The position numbers and the translations under genes are program-made. A stretch of 64,000 bases of DNA from the NCBI RefSeq assembly GCF_009914755.1, contig NC_060926.1, one strand, 5' to 3'. The number at the start of each line of letters is the position of its first letter. The first letter of the stretch is position 1. This DNA is from the human T2T-CHM13v2.0 reference genome, Homo sapiens. This document shows positions 46,151 through 58,935 of this stretch, one piece after another. Below the pieces are notes generated by a model. That model had not been told where the DNA came from. It saw nothing but the letters and a program-made list of their open reading frames with translations, and ran no database searches.

Positions 46151-46409
46151 GTTCGTTATTTCTTTACCCGTCACCCAGGGATGGTACTGTTAGTTCTTTT
46201 GAACCAACAAATTACGACTTGGTGGCTTTTTCGATCCACCTCTGAAATGTTTAAAGTCCCATAAAGAATGGAAGGACTTTCCGTCACAACCCAGGGTCTT
46301 GAACGCAGAGCTTGGTACTTACATTCTGAAGTGGATTAAATAGGATAACGCCTTAAAAGAGATTAGGTTTCAGTGTCACTAATTGTGTGAAGTCCCGTAA
46401 CCCAGTTTG

Positions 46410-46490
46410 AGATATATGTGTGTGTGTGCGCGTGTATATATGTATACATCTATGTGTGTGTATATGTGTATATATGTGTGTGTATATATA
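46410..46490. repeat. Compound (TG)n/(TA)n microsatellite in intron 1
   Basis: Alternating purine-pyrimidine run seen directly. Confidence 0.9.
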
Positions 46491-47454
46491 TTCGTTTAAC
46501 ACATTGAGCCTGTAGCCCTTTAATGGCCAAGGAACGCTATTGACGTTCTTACATGTTGTGCACTTGTTTTCCAACAACTGAATTGAGTTTCCTTAAAAGA
46601 TGAACCATATTTGACATTACGTAAACATACCATACAGACCCCAACGAGGTATTTCTTCCCTCGATTTCTGCTATTAATCCTCCTCATAATTAAATAGGAC
46701 CTCTTGTACTTTGGATATAATTAGAAAAAGCCATGACCATTTTACCGCATAAGGTGTAAAGTCTGCTCATTGGATTTAAGAAAATGCTTAAGAATTTTGC
46801 TATACTTGGCCAGGTTCCAACTTTGGAGGAGAACTGGTATTCTTATTGCTAATTTGTACAGTTTAAAACTGTCATGAAGTACTATAGCCAGACACTTAAA
46901 AACAAAATATTACCTTCACATCTGTGTTTTCTATTACCTTATTTGAACAATCTGGATTCGTGGCACTTAGGTAAATTTCAGGGGTTGCTGATCGGATGGC
47001 ATTCACTTTTATGAAAACCAAGGACATTTTAGGGATGTCGTTTTCCTCGAGATTGGACCCTGATACGAAGTAAAACTCCCATTGAAATTAAATGTTATGT
47101 AATAATTTAGACAATTTAAATTATACTTCATGCATTGTAGAGCCTTCTCTATATCTAATTGTTTTATTTTTAATTAGTAGGACTAGTATTCTTATTTTAA
47201 GGAATTATGTGTGAAAGTTGTTTATAGTATCCATCAACTTTTAAAATGATGCATATGTTATGATTCTAGTCATCTTGTGACGAAATTATTTTTTAGCTAA
47301 AGAGAAAGCAATTTTAGTTTCAATAATGAAGGTATCTCCAAAGAAAAATGCAAAATAAGACAACTGCACTTTTTAACTAAAAATATTAACAACAACAAAG
47401 TGGTGAAATTAAGCCCGATTTTGTGTTTTCTACATTTAATATATATTATTTTTT

Positions 47455-47840
47455 TAATTTATTTTTTGTTGAGGTATAACTTATGTAAAATAAAATGTAC
47501 AGGTTCTAGATGTATAGTTCTATGTGTTTTGAGGAATTTATTCACCCAGGTAGCTGCCACCCTAATTAAGACTTGAAACATTTCTATCACCCCACTAAAT
47601 TTGTTTTGTGCCTCTTTCTATTTAATTCTTTCCACACGTGCAGCCACTAATTTTTTTGACAGGATAGATTAGTTTTTACCACTCTAGGAACTCATATAAA
47701 TTATACAGTAGGTAGCCTTTGTGTCCTTCTTCTTGCTTTCACACCATGCAGTGTTTTTGAGATCCATGCATGTTGTGTATATTTCTAGTATGTTCCTTAT
47801 TGCTGAAAAGTATTCTCTTGTATGGGAACCATTACAATAT
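47455..47840 (-). mobile_element. Old L1M 3' end, antisense, abutting the DPRX retrocopy
   Basis: ttgaggtataacttatgtaaaataaaatgtacagg ... tttttgagatccatgcatgttgtgt motifs. Confidence 0.75.
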
Positions 47841-47844
47841 GTCA

Positions 47845-48465
47845 CCTTTTGTGTTTAGTGTCTCTCTCTACTTGGAGGAACCAAAAGACGTTATAATTGA
47901 CGCTTGAAAAACAAACTTAGGATTCCAAAATGGGTTAGAGGCGGTGTTTGTTAAAATCTCGGCAGCCAGAATGGATTATTTTGTGGCTAATGGAGTCATC
48001 TGTAGGGACCTTAACCTTGGGGCATACGCTGAGTTGGCATGAGAGTGTCCAATCATCTGTATACATTAGAGCTACAGGATAGGCATCATTAGGGGATCTG
48101 GGTGGTGTGTCTATATTTCTCTGGGAAGGACTGGTCTTGACTACACCCTCAGTTAATTGCAGTTGTTGAGCTTCTTGCTTTTGCTGAATATGCTTGCATT
48201 TTGCTTTCTTGTGTTTTGTGCTATCATTCTTTAACCTAACCTGCAGTACCGTTGGATGTATGTCTTTGAGGCCATTTCTTTCTGAAGACTGAGGTTTGGG
48301 TATGGGTTCTTAGTGAACAAGATGTTCAAATATTCCATTTGTTTCTCAGTGATCATAGTTTGTTTCCTTTGAAATGTGTCCACTTGCCTTTAAGAAGGTC
48401 CTCCTAGCCTGACATCTTGTAATCTAGATGTTCTTTTATGTTCTGGTCCAGGGACCTGATGAGCT
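47845..48465 (-). pseudogene. DPRXP1: Processed pseudogene of the DPRX (divergent paired-related homeobox) gene, antisense in ZC3H15 intron 1
   Basis: Manual minus-strand translation from ATG at 48415: MSG*EDLLKGK / RKQTMITEKQMEYLNILFTKNPYPNLSLQKEMAS / DIHPTVLQVRLKNDSTKHKKAKCKHIQQKQE...RNIDTPPRSPNDAYP...KVPTDDSISHKIIHSGCRD...L*PILES*VC. This is colinear with DPRX as I recall it (MPGSEDLRKGK...RKRTMFTKKQLEDLNILFNENPYPNPSLQKEMASKIDIHPTVLQVWFKN...PILESQVC). No introns, at least 2 frameshifts and 3 stops. The symbol is from recollection that DPRXP1 maps to 2q32.1. Confidence 0.9.
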
Positions 48466-51400
48466 TTTTCAAAAAATACTGCAACAAAGTTTGTCAGACT
48501 CATGTGCAACATTGATATTTGCTACTACTGGAGAGGTACAACAATATTTTGAATTGTAGTGTTAAGTTACAGCATTTGTGAAATTAGATTTATAGAGACT
48601 ATTCTGTTATTCAGCCTGGTTAGGAAATGATATAGTCTGCTTCATTATATAGGCAACTTTTTTTTTAAACTTCCCTAAAAGCCTAGCACGTCTCAGTGAC
48701 TATTCCAAGAAGATAATTGATCTCTGTGACTGTTATAATTTTGGAGGGGGAAATACTACTTTTTTATAGTCTATTTTGACATATAAAGACTGATACTTAT
48801 TTCAGAATCTGGTTAACTTTGGGAGGTTTTATAGCTGTATGACCTGAAATTCTAAATTGCTCAAAATTAATAGTTAACTAAAACATGTATTTTTAAGCAG
48901 CACGTTTCAATAGACTTGAAAATAATGGTTGTCCTACCTACCTCTTTCCTCTTCTGTACCTGTTCTGCTGCCACCTCTATGGACCTTCACTGTGGAAAAA
49001 TCAACATGCAGGTTTTGGGAACTCTAAGGAAGTAAAAGAGACATCAGATAGCATAAATTAATGAAAGGAACACTAGCTTTGGAGTCAGAGACCTGGGTTT
49101 GAGTCCCATGTTTCAAATTACTAGCTCTATAGTTTTAGACAAGTTACAAAATCTAGCTGGAATGCAATTCTCATCTGCAAAATGCAGCTAGTTCCCGTGA
49201 GTTAAATGAGATAATACATGTAAAGTGCCTGCCATATGGTGTATATATTCAGTAAATGGCAGCTATTGTTATTGCCTATTTTGATAGTGTATTATAAATA
49301 AAAACTAGGGGACATCAGACTGATCTGCACAGTCTATACAGTGCTTAGTTCCTGCCCATTTTTTAATATTGCCTCCATTTTTTAATATTGCCTCCATTTT
49401 TTTTATTTGCCTCTTCAAATGCCCCAAAACTTTATGAATTCATTTGTATTAATACTTTCCGAAATGAATATGTCAAACAGGATTATGGTTCTGTTAGAAA
49501 TTAACACATTAGTCTGAAATGGCATATACCATTTGCTTTCTTACAACTAAAATTTAGTGACAAATGGAGTCAGTATTGAGCAATAGAAAGTTTGAATATG
49601 GAAAGAAGGAAATAATCTTGGACTTAGGGCAAGCAAATAAAAGATACCCAGCTAAGAACTTGTATCAGCAAGGAAATAGTAATAGGAACCTATAGAGACA
49701 GGATCCAGGTGTCGTGAAAGATGGAGCAAGAGAAATTGGTTGCCAGTGTAGAACAGCTACCAATAGCCAAAATCAAATGTTGATTACTTGAAGCTGGATT
49801 AACCAGTTGCATAATATATATTGCATGGATGGACAACAAGAATACATTAGTGCATTTGGGAGAAAACTAATGAGGGAAAACCGTGACAGCTTCTGCCTAC
49901 CCGAATGTCCCAAGAGGGTAGACTCCATTATCTTGGAGCACTATTCAGTGTTGACCTGCCCTTCCGCTGCTTCCCTTTTTCCAAACATCTTATTTAAGCA
50001 GTGGAGGCTGGCCCGTAAAAGGAATGGGATTACGTACGGATGGGAGGGAAGTTTTAAGTGAAGCCTGGAATTTACTGAGTGTTAAGGCTCTTGGAGCCTC
50101 AGGAAGTCATCCTTTTCTTTCGAGACTCCTCTGTATTCATGTCCCAAGTTGTCTTCTGAAACACACATAAACACGCAGTTCCTTTACTATCATGTTAACT
50201 TTTGGGACCTTATTAATCCAATGAGGACCATTATTCTCCTAGTTTTATTTTAACTGTGGTTTGGGGTTGACTGTAACCTCCTTTTTTTCTACCTTGTAAT
50301 TCAGGTTAATCTTTAGGTAGGGCTCTGTCCTAAACTCAGGAAGAAGCCTTTTTGAACTTCTCCAAATCGCAAATCATTCTGTTTTCAAGAGGTGCTATTG
50401 GTATCTCAGATCTGCAGTGTGATATTTAGAAAGGTTATTGCGCACCAACCAGCCCAATAACTTAATGAGGTTTCTCTGGGAAGTAGTTTATTAAAAACTG
50501 TAGAAGGAATTTGCTTGGAGTCAAATATACCTAGGTTCAAATATCATCTGTCACTTAATAGTTAACGTTTACTGGCCCAGACAAGGTTCTCAGTGTTTTG
50601 GGGAGAAGGAGAGAAGAGAGACAAGCCAACTACAAGTGATAAATATACTAGCTCCTTTGATTCTCTCAGTGGGATATGTATTATTACCCTTTTTGCAGTT
50701 TTGAAAACAGGCATAGATATTAAATAACTTGCCCAAGTTTACTAACCTGGCAAGTAACTGTGCCAGGGATTCTAACACAGGAAGTCTGCCTCTAGAGTCC
50801 TTGCTGTCCACCACTGTCTCTCTGAGGTAAATCTTTTAACTTTCACAACAACCCTAAGTGAGACTCACTTTACAAATAAGAAACTGTGGCAAAGAGGGTA
50901 ATTTACCCAGCTCTGTTTGGGATTAAAATTTGGGCAGTCTGGCTCCAGAGTTTATGCTTCTAAATGCTTGCACTATACAGCCAGCCCCTTATTAATGACT
51001 TAACTTCAAATGAATTTATCATTTCTGAGTTTCTGTGTATCATAGAATTGTTGAGAGGATTCAATAAAGTATATATTCAGGGGTTATGTTTATGTTTAGT
51101 GAATACTATATAAATAAGTGTCCCCTTTCTCTGTGGAAAAATGTTAATTTCTGAGCTCTAACTTAGAGGTGAACACAACTCACTTATTATCTCTTTAAAC
51201 TGGTTATTTATGTGCCAGAGCAGTGTAATGAAACCTGATTTTTTTTTTCTTCTTCTGGGATCGGGAGTTTATACACCTTTACCAGAAACTGCCATTGTGA
51301 GTGCTTTCTTTTCTTACTGGCCAGGTCCCCTTAGGGGACATTTTTCTTTCCTAAGTCTATCTGGCAGTATCTGCTTTGCTATTTGGCCTTATTTATTCAT

Positions 51401-52855
51401 TGTTTCTTCTCTGTAGTTACAGATGGAGCATGGGTTGAACCGCAGTTTATTTTCTCTGGCAGAGCACCTGTAGATGCTGTTTAATCCTGATCATATTTTT
51501 TTCTAGAGCCTCCTCTCCCTCCCGTGAGAGCTCACTTTTTGTAAAGGAAAAGTATGGCATTTTATACTTAGTTGCTGCACTGTGTTCATCTGTATGTATC
51601 ACATTATGTTGACCATCTTTCTTCAAATTGAATTGAGTGTTAAACTTTCTTTATAGAAACAAGGGAAGCCATCCGTAAAAGGCTCAGTGCAGAAACATCC
51701 AGCTTGTTTGTGCTTCTTACCTTTTTTCATACACATAGGCTGTAGAAAATTCATGTAGAATTTTGTATAATACCATGTTGGGATGTTAAATCATGAAACA
51801 AGCATTTAAGTAGAGGAAAGCAAAGTTTTGGTATATGGATATAGATGTCATGAATAAAGAGATATTTCCCAATGAGAGATAACCATTTAGAAGCAAAACC
51901 CTCTGTACTTTTTTGTCTTAAGACTATTGAAAGATCTTTTACTGATTTTGAGGTTGCTGTAAACATTATGTCATGTTGGATGTTTTTAAATACTAATTGT
52001 TTCAGTACTATTGTTTTCTTTTTCTAGTTTGTCCACGTGGTGGTATTTTGTATCTATTATTCTTTCTACTCATTATTACTTTTCCTTTCCCTTAGAAATA
52101 ATAGCAAAATAAAGGCTATAAAATGGCCACTTGTTTCATACTAAATGCCACTCAGAGGGTCTCAAATTACTTTGAGAAGACCTTTTTGCCTCTTCTTCCT
52201 CTCTAAAACCACCCATAAACAAGAGAATGAGAAAGAAATACAAATTCTATTTTGAAATTAGAAGACATCTGTAATCTTGGACCTCAGCATATGAAGATTG
52301 GCAGTAGATGGATGAGTTGGTAACTGACTTAGAGCAGAGCGGTTATGTCTGAGTGCCTGTCTAGGAGTGTGCCTGTAAGAAGCAAGTGCATTTCCTCTGC
52401 AAAATTATGAAAAAAAAAAAAACTCAACAATGGGAAGCACTAGGTAATACAGAAGGCAAGAGGCTGAAAACTAGAAGTTAAAAGTGTTAGGAGTAATTAA
52501 TAATTCTTATCTACTACAGCTCAGCCAGGTGACTACCTCTGCAAGAAACAGGAGGGGTCTTCTTGGAGGTGGGAGGTGGCAGAGAACAGGCCTCTCTGCT
52601 TCTGGAACACTAAGCACAGAGGAGGTGGGATGTGAGCCTGAAAATGGAAGCTAGTAAGTCTGTACAGTAAACTGAGACCCCTTCTACCTGCTCTTTTCTC
52701 TTGTTTACAGTTAGACTTATTGCCCTCCCAGCTGGAGGATCTTTCTCCAGAGAACCAGAAAAGACCCAGAAAAAATATTTCAGATATTAGCATTTGGTTT
52801 CTTGTCAGGCTTGTCACACATTCACCTTAGGGAGAAGCTCACTAGTCAAGCCTGC

Positions 52856-53280
52856 TATATGAGTTTCTTAGAACTGCTGTAACATGACTACAAACTGGGT
52901 CACTTAAAACAACAGAAATTTATTCTCTTAGAGATCTGGAGGCTAGAAGTCTGAAATTAGTGTCAGCAGGGCCATGCTCCCTCCCTCTGAAGACTGTAGG
53001 GAAGAATTCTTCCTTGCCTTGTCCTAGTTTCTGGTGGCATCTGTCAATCCTTGGCATTCTTTGGCTTATATAGCAGTGTCACTCTGTCTTCACATTTCCT
53101 TCACTTTGTGCCTGTGTGGTCCTTATTAAGGCACCAGTTATTGGATCTAGGGCCTACCTTAATCTAGTATGATGTCATCTTAACTCATTACATCTGTGAA
53201 GACCTACGTCCAAATAAAGTCAAATTTATGGTCAGGTGGACTTGAATTTTGGGGGACATTCCAAAATTCAGCCCACTACA
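52856..53280 (-). mobile_element. MLT1B/C-family LTR
   Basis: cttaaaacaacagaaatttattctc ... gcagggccatgctccctc ... attcagcccactaca. Confidence 0.85.
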
Positions 53281-53972
53281 GACCACTGCTCCCCTCCACA
53301 CACACGCTTGCTCATACTTGTGCAATGGCTTCTATATGTTTTTGTACTGCATACTTATTTTTTTTAATGTTTTTCTCCCCCCAACCCCATACTGCATACT
53401 TACTAAATATGAGTAGATAGCCAAGGATCACCATTAGTGCTTAGCACATAATGAGCATTCCATAAGTGATAGCTGCTGTTATATTGAATATTACCAAGTT
53501 ACTGTATTAATATTCCAGATTTAAAGAAAATGTTGCTTTTAATTTACATACTTTTAGTATTTCCATCTTAGCAATAACTAGGAATGTATACATTTCAGTA
53601 GTTTGATTTCTTTATTAAATTTAATTGTTTTTGAGAGGATAACATTTATTAACTAAAAAACCAGTCCAGAACTGAATGTATCTTCCTCTTCTTATGTAGT
53701 AGTCCCAAAAATGTGTTCAGTATCGTATAACCTCTCAAGATACTCTGAGTAAAAATGGATTCTGCTACAAAGGATGATTTGGAGGTGCTGCATATTATTA
53801 TATTCCCTCTGATAAGGGCTGTAAGATACCTTGTGCTTAAGAATTAAGAATCCTTTTAATCAAGCATTTTCCTAAATGTATTTAACTACAGGACTTCTTA
53901 TCCCAGTATAAGAACTTTGCACATCCCATAGAACTGATATCCAAAATATGCTTTAGAAAAAGCTTCATAGAA

Positions 53973-54284
53973 ACTGGAAACCATCATTCTTAGCAAACTA
54001 TCGCAAGGACAAAAAACCAAACACCTCATGTTCTCACTCATAGGTGGGAATCGAACAATGAGAACACTTGGACACAGGAAGGGGAACATCACACACCGGG
54101 GCCTGTTGTGGGGTGGCGGAGGGGAGGGATAGCATTAGGAGATGTACCTAATGTAAATGACGAGTTAATGGGTGCAGCACACCAACATGGCACATGTATA
54201 CATATGTAACAAACCTGCACGTTGTACACATGTACCCTAGAACTTAAAGTATAATAAAAAATATATATAAAAATAATAAAATTT
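53973..54284 (+). mobile_element. Short L1PA (PA4/5-like) 3' end, sense in intron 1
   Basis: L1 3' UTR with G-rich tract and A/T tail; perfect 16-bp TSD aaaaagcttcatagaa at 53957-53972 and 54285-54300. Confidence 0.95.
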
Positions 54285-54521
54285 AAAAAGCTTCATAGAA
54301 TAACAGGTTTAATGATGATAATGTTGAGTACATATTGAATTGTAAAGAATCTGGGTGATGATTTAAGGTCATATATTGCCTTGACTTGATGTTTAGTGTT
54401 TTGCATGTTTTTATATTAGTAAAGAATAATTATCAATAAAAATAATGATTTTTAGATATCATTGGAGGATATATATGGTAACATAAATTGCTAAGATATT
54501 TCTGTGCTCTTTCTCATGTAG

Positions 54522-54623
54522 GACAAAACTTTCGGTTTGAAGAATAAGAAAGGAGCAAAGCAACAGAAGTTTATCAAGGCTGTCACACATCAAGTTAAAT
54601 TTGGTCAACAAAATCCACGTCAG
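54522..54623 (+). CDS. ZC3H15: ZC3H15 coding exon 2
   Basis: Acceptor ctctttctcatgtag|, donor CAG|gtaagt; 102 nt; encodes [34 protein letters not shown], including the conserved DKTFGLKNK motif of the Tma46/DFRP1 family. Confidence 0.97.
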
Positions 54624-55532
54624 GTAAGTAATTTAAATGTCCATATCTTTTTATAAATGTAATATTAATATAGCCTCTGTTTCAGATAAAATGTCTGGTA
54701 TTATTATATAATTGTATTTCAAAACAGAATCCTACTTGAAATGTTTTTGCACCTTGGCCTTCCTTACCAGCAGTACCTCTTGGATATTGTCCAAGCCATT
54801 TTGATATAACTCTCATTTATTCTAATAATGATTGCATGCCGTTCTACAGTACAGGTGTGTTATATTCATCTATTTCACTGTTCATAAGTGATCACTTTGT
54901 TTCCAGCTTTCTGACACTAAGACCACCTGTAGAAATACAGGAGTTCTTACATGTGTTTATGCTTTTATTTCTGTGGCATAAATTAGCTGGTAACAGACTC
55001 CAGATCAAGGGAAATGGATTTCTAATTTTAACATTATAAATTTGCCAGATCACTTTCCATAGAGGCTGTAGTACTTCACATTTTCATTTGTAGTACATGA
55101 GCAATAGATACTAAAGTTCTTTTTAATGTGTTACAATCTGATAAGTATAAAGTGATATCTTATTGTTACATTGTTTCCCTCGCTACTGGAGAGTATCTTT
55201 TGTATACTTGTTAGCTGTTTGGGTTTGCACTTCTATGACTTCCCTATTGAAATTATTTGCTTTATTGGTTGTCTTTTTCTTGTCAATTTATGAGATACCT
55301 TTTGTCTGCATTGCAGATAATTGGTGATATTTCAGTTATGTTTTGCCATGCACCAATTTTTAACTTACATGTATATATAGAGTTTAATATTGCTAGATAT
55401 GTTGCTAGCTTTTTAAAAATATGGTTATAAGGTCTCCCCTGCCACTGGATTCTGCATGTTTTTCCTAGATCATTTGTAATTATTTTATTTTTATAGTCTA
55501 TGTCATATGAATTTATTTTATATATCTTAAAG

Positions 55533-55790
55533 TTCTCACTCTGTTGCCCAGGCAGGAATACAATGGTGTGATCTTGGCTCACTGCGGCCTCTGCCTCCTG
55601 GGTTCAAGCCATCCACCCGCCTCATCCTCCTAAGTAGCTGGGACTACAGGCGCATGACACCACACCTAGCTAATTTTTGTATTTTTTGTAGAGACGGGAT
55701 TTCGCCGTGTCACCCAGGGTGGCCTCACAATCCGCCTGCCTTGGCCTCCCAAAGTGCTAGGATTACACACGTGAGCCACCATGCCCAGAC
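55533..55790 (-). mobile_element. Alu (antisense, tail-less) within antisense L1M fragments
   Basis: Reverse Alu consensus tctcactctgttgcccagg ... gagccaccatgcccag. Confidence 0.88.
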
Positions 55791-55866
55791 TAAGTTTGTT
55801 TTCTTTTAAATGAATAGCTGCTTACACCAGCATCATTTATCCAACTGAAATACCACTATTATCCTA

Positions 55867-56207
55867 CAGTCATAGTCATACATTGTTTAGTGATGTGGAT
55901 ACAATCTGAGAAATGTGTCGTTAGGCGATTTAGTCATTGTGCAAATATCATAGAGTGTACTTACACAAACCTAGATATTACAGCCTACTACACACCTAGG
56001 CTATATGGTATAGCCTATTGATCCAAGGCTTCTAACTTATACAGCATGTTACTGTACTGAATACTGTAGGCAGTTGTAACACATTAGTAATGATTTGTGT
56101 CTGAACATAGAAAAGATAGAGTAAAAATATGGTATTATAACCTTACAGGATTACTGTCATATGTGGTCCCTCATTGACCTAAATGTCATTAATTCTGTGC
56201 TTGACTG
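55867..56207. mobile_element. Tigger3a/MER7-like DNA transposon
   Basis: Termini ta|cagtca ... tgactg|ta with TA duplication; internal gagaaatgtgtcgttaggcgattt; ~340 bp. Confidence 0.85.
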
Positions 56208-57869
56208 TACATTAAAGTCTCAAGGCAAGTCTTTTCCCCAAAATGGTATACCTTTTCTATTTTTCCTGGTTGTTCTTAGGCATTTATTCTTTCATACGAA
56301 TTTTAAAATGAGTTTATCCATTGGCAACTCATTTGAAAAAAATGTAGCCCCTTTTTTTTTCAGGTTCTTTAGACCTCTCACTTGTAAAGATTTCATAGAC
56401 ATGGATCTTTATTTTTAAAGTACATTTTTCCACCATTTTTATCTCCTTTTCATTAACTTCTGGAAACACATTTTTGTAATGTAGGAGAGAAGAAAGAATT
56501 TCTCATGTGTTTACAGATTTTTTAAAAATCTGCTAATATGTATTTGTGAGATAAGTAAATTTCTCTTGCTCATGCTGTCTGCAAATCAGTGACCCAACAC
56601 TTTCCTTTCACATCCATTTTCCCAGCTTGATTCTAGAATCTAAAACTATTGCTCTTCCAAACTGCTAACTTAATAGCCCGGTTTAATAAAAATTAATGTT
56701 TAGAGCTCACGCCTGTAATACCAGCACTTTGGGAGGCCGGGGCGGGCAGATCAGCTGAGACCTTGCAGTGAGATAGACTTGGGTGTGAATCTTCCTATCT
56801 TTTTTGTTACATGATCCTTAAATAGCAACCCTGGTCTTTATCTGTACTGTGGAAGTGCAGTTATTCTTTGTTGGATTCTTCTGGTGGTTAAATAAGAAAA
56901 TAATGTAAATTTTCTGGTGAATATAGATATCAATATGTAAGAAGAACTCACTTTCTTCACTTAGCCCCTTTTTCAATCCTGCTTCCTCTTCCCCAACTTT
57001 TTCTTCTAGTGGAAAGTGTTTTGAGTGGTGATATCAGAATTCATAAACCTGGGAAAGTTATGAAATGTGTGTGCTGGTAGTTAGCTTTGATAGTATATTT
57101 AATACTATATTTTTGATACTTGCGTGGATAACTGGACTTATCTGTGAACATGGGGTACCTACCCATCATATATAACATCGGAAATGAGCAGTAGTGCTGC
57201 TCTTAGAGCTGGACAGGGGGTATCCTGGTCTAGGCCCTGCGATACATGTGTCTTCTCCAGACTGCTGTCTCCCCTCAGGTAAGGAGTCACTGAAGCCAAG
57301 GGGATGTACCCACCCAGATTTTGCAACATCTCTTCCTACAACATTCTGACCCTGGTTTATCTGCCTACAAAGGCCTCTCCACCATGCCCATCTCTGTCCA
57401 TTGTGCTACCAATATGTCTGAGGTAGCCAAGAGAACAGTGTACGCTAAGGGTTTGAACAGAGCCTGCATCCATACCCTTTCCTTCCTTCTTGCACCTTTA
57501 CCTCCCCCTACACCCAAAATGGAATGAAACGGGGTGGGAAGAGGAGAAAAAAGAGCCCAGGGCTAACTCTTGTGTTGCTGCCATGCTTCAGTGTGGAACT
57601 CCATGGAGTCTGAGCATTTTAAATTTGAACCTGTCCTTCCAGGTCATAAGGTATATTTGTCGAGTAGGGTTACAGACCATATTTTATTCATCATGAACTT
57701 GATTTCTAATTTTAAATATTTAGATAAATGGCTTGTAGACCTCCATTGTATTCTTGCTCAAACATTGCCCCACAAATGTTTGAGATGGGCCTGATGAGCA
57801 AAGGATACTTCTATTAAAAATTAAGCGACTTAAATTTTTTCTTTCAAAACATTTTTTGTGTTTAAACAC

Positions 57870-58935
57870 ATCCACCATATAGAGTCATATTCAGGATTTG
57901 GGATGTCTTTGACCTAATTATAGCATTTGGCCATTCCTTTCCTAAAATTTCCTCTTTCTTGAACACATTTTGTCCTGGTTTTCTACCTGCTTCTTTGATG
58001 TTTCTAGGTCTTTTTATTGGACTTTTTAGGTTCTTTTGTCCCATTTTATGTTGATTTTCTTCAAGGAAGTGTCCTTTACTCTTGCCACTTTTTTATGCTC
58101 TCCTTAAGTACCATATACCCAAAGTTTTAATTGTTACCTGTAAGCTGCTATTTCTAAAGTCTTTATCTCAAAGCAGACCCTCTCTGATTTCAGTGGAATC
58201 AATATGCATGTCTATCTGCCTTCAAAAGAGCTCTACCCAGATGCTTTGTAAGCATCTTGCACTCTGTATGTCTAAAACTAAGCTCATCTTCACCTCTTAC
58301 CCTGAAACCTGTTCCTCCTGTATTCCCTGTCTTGTTTAACAGCACTAACCATATACATGATAATCCTAGATTCCTCCCCCTTTATACTTCATGTTCAGTC
58401 AGTCCTATCAGCTCTGTCTCCTTTTCTCCATCCTTACCAGTAATGCTCATTTTAAGCTCTTGTGTTTTATTGTGTACAGCAGTTGCAGCAGCCTCTTGCC
58501 TTTATTCTTGGATTCCCAATCCATCCTCTACAAAACTTGCCCTCTTGATATTTTATAAAATGTGACCTGACCTTGTTATTGGGTTACTTTAAACAGTTGA
58601 GTTGAACTCTGTTCAAGCTACTGATACAATCTAAGCATCTTACTGATGTTTCTCATACTTTATTCCTCTAGTCCCTGTAACTTTGCATTGGCTGGCTCTT
58701 TCTGTATTTCTTTTCTTGCCCATCAAGAAAAACTCATCCATAAGGTTATTGGCTCAATTTAGTTTTCTCAGGTATATGGGCATTCTTTGTTCCCAGAGCA
58801 CTATGTACTATGTTACAGTTGTTGACATGTCTGTCATCCTGCTAGATTCTGAGCTTCTTTAAATAAGCATCTTTGTCTTTTCATTGTATTCTCTGTCATC
58901 TAACATAGGACCTGACGTATAAATGTTTGGATGAA
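57870..58935 (+). mobile_element. L2 fragment in intron 2
   Basis: tgtctaaaactaagctcatc, ctagattctgagcttcttt and terminal aaatgtttggatgaat. Confidence 0.65.

Noticed and set aside
49356-49412. Three copies of a ~19-bp unit ccattttttaatattgcct
   Set aside because: Ordinary slippage duplication with no sign of function
51395-51430. Strong acceptor (ttgtttcttctctgtag|ttacag|ATG) in intron 1
   Set aside because: No convincing donor within typical exon distance; treated as a pseudo-site
54310-54395. Two RTGATGA box-C-like motifs in intron 1, suggesting a C/D snoRNA
   Set aside because: No CTGA box D or terminal stem at a suitable distance
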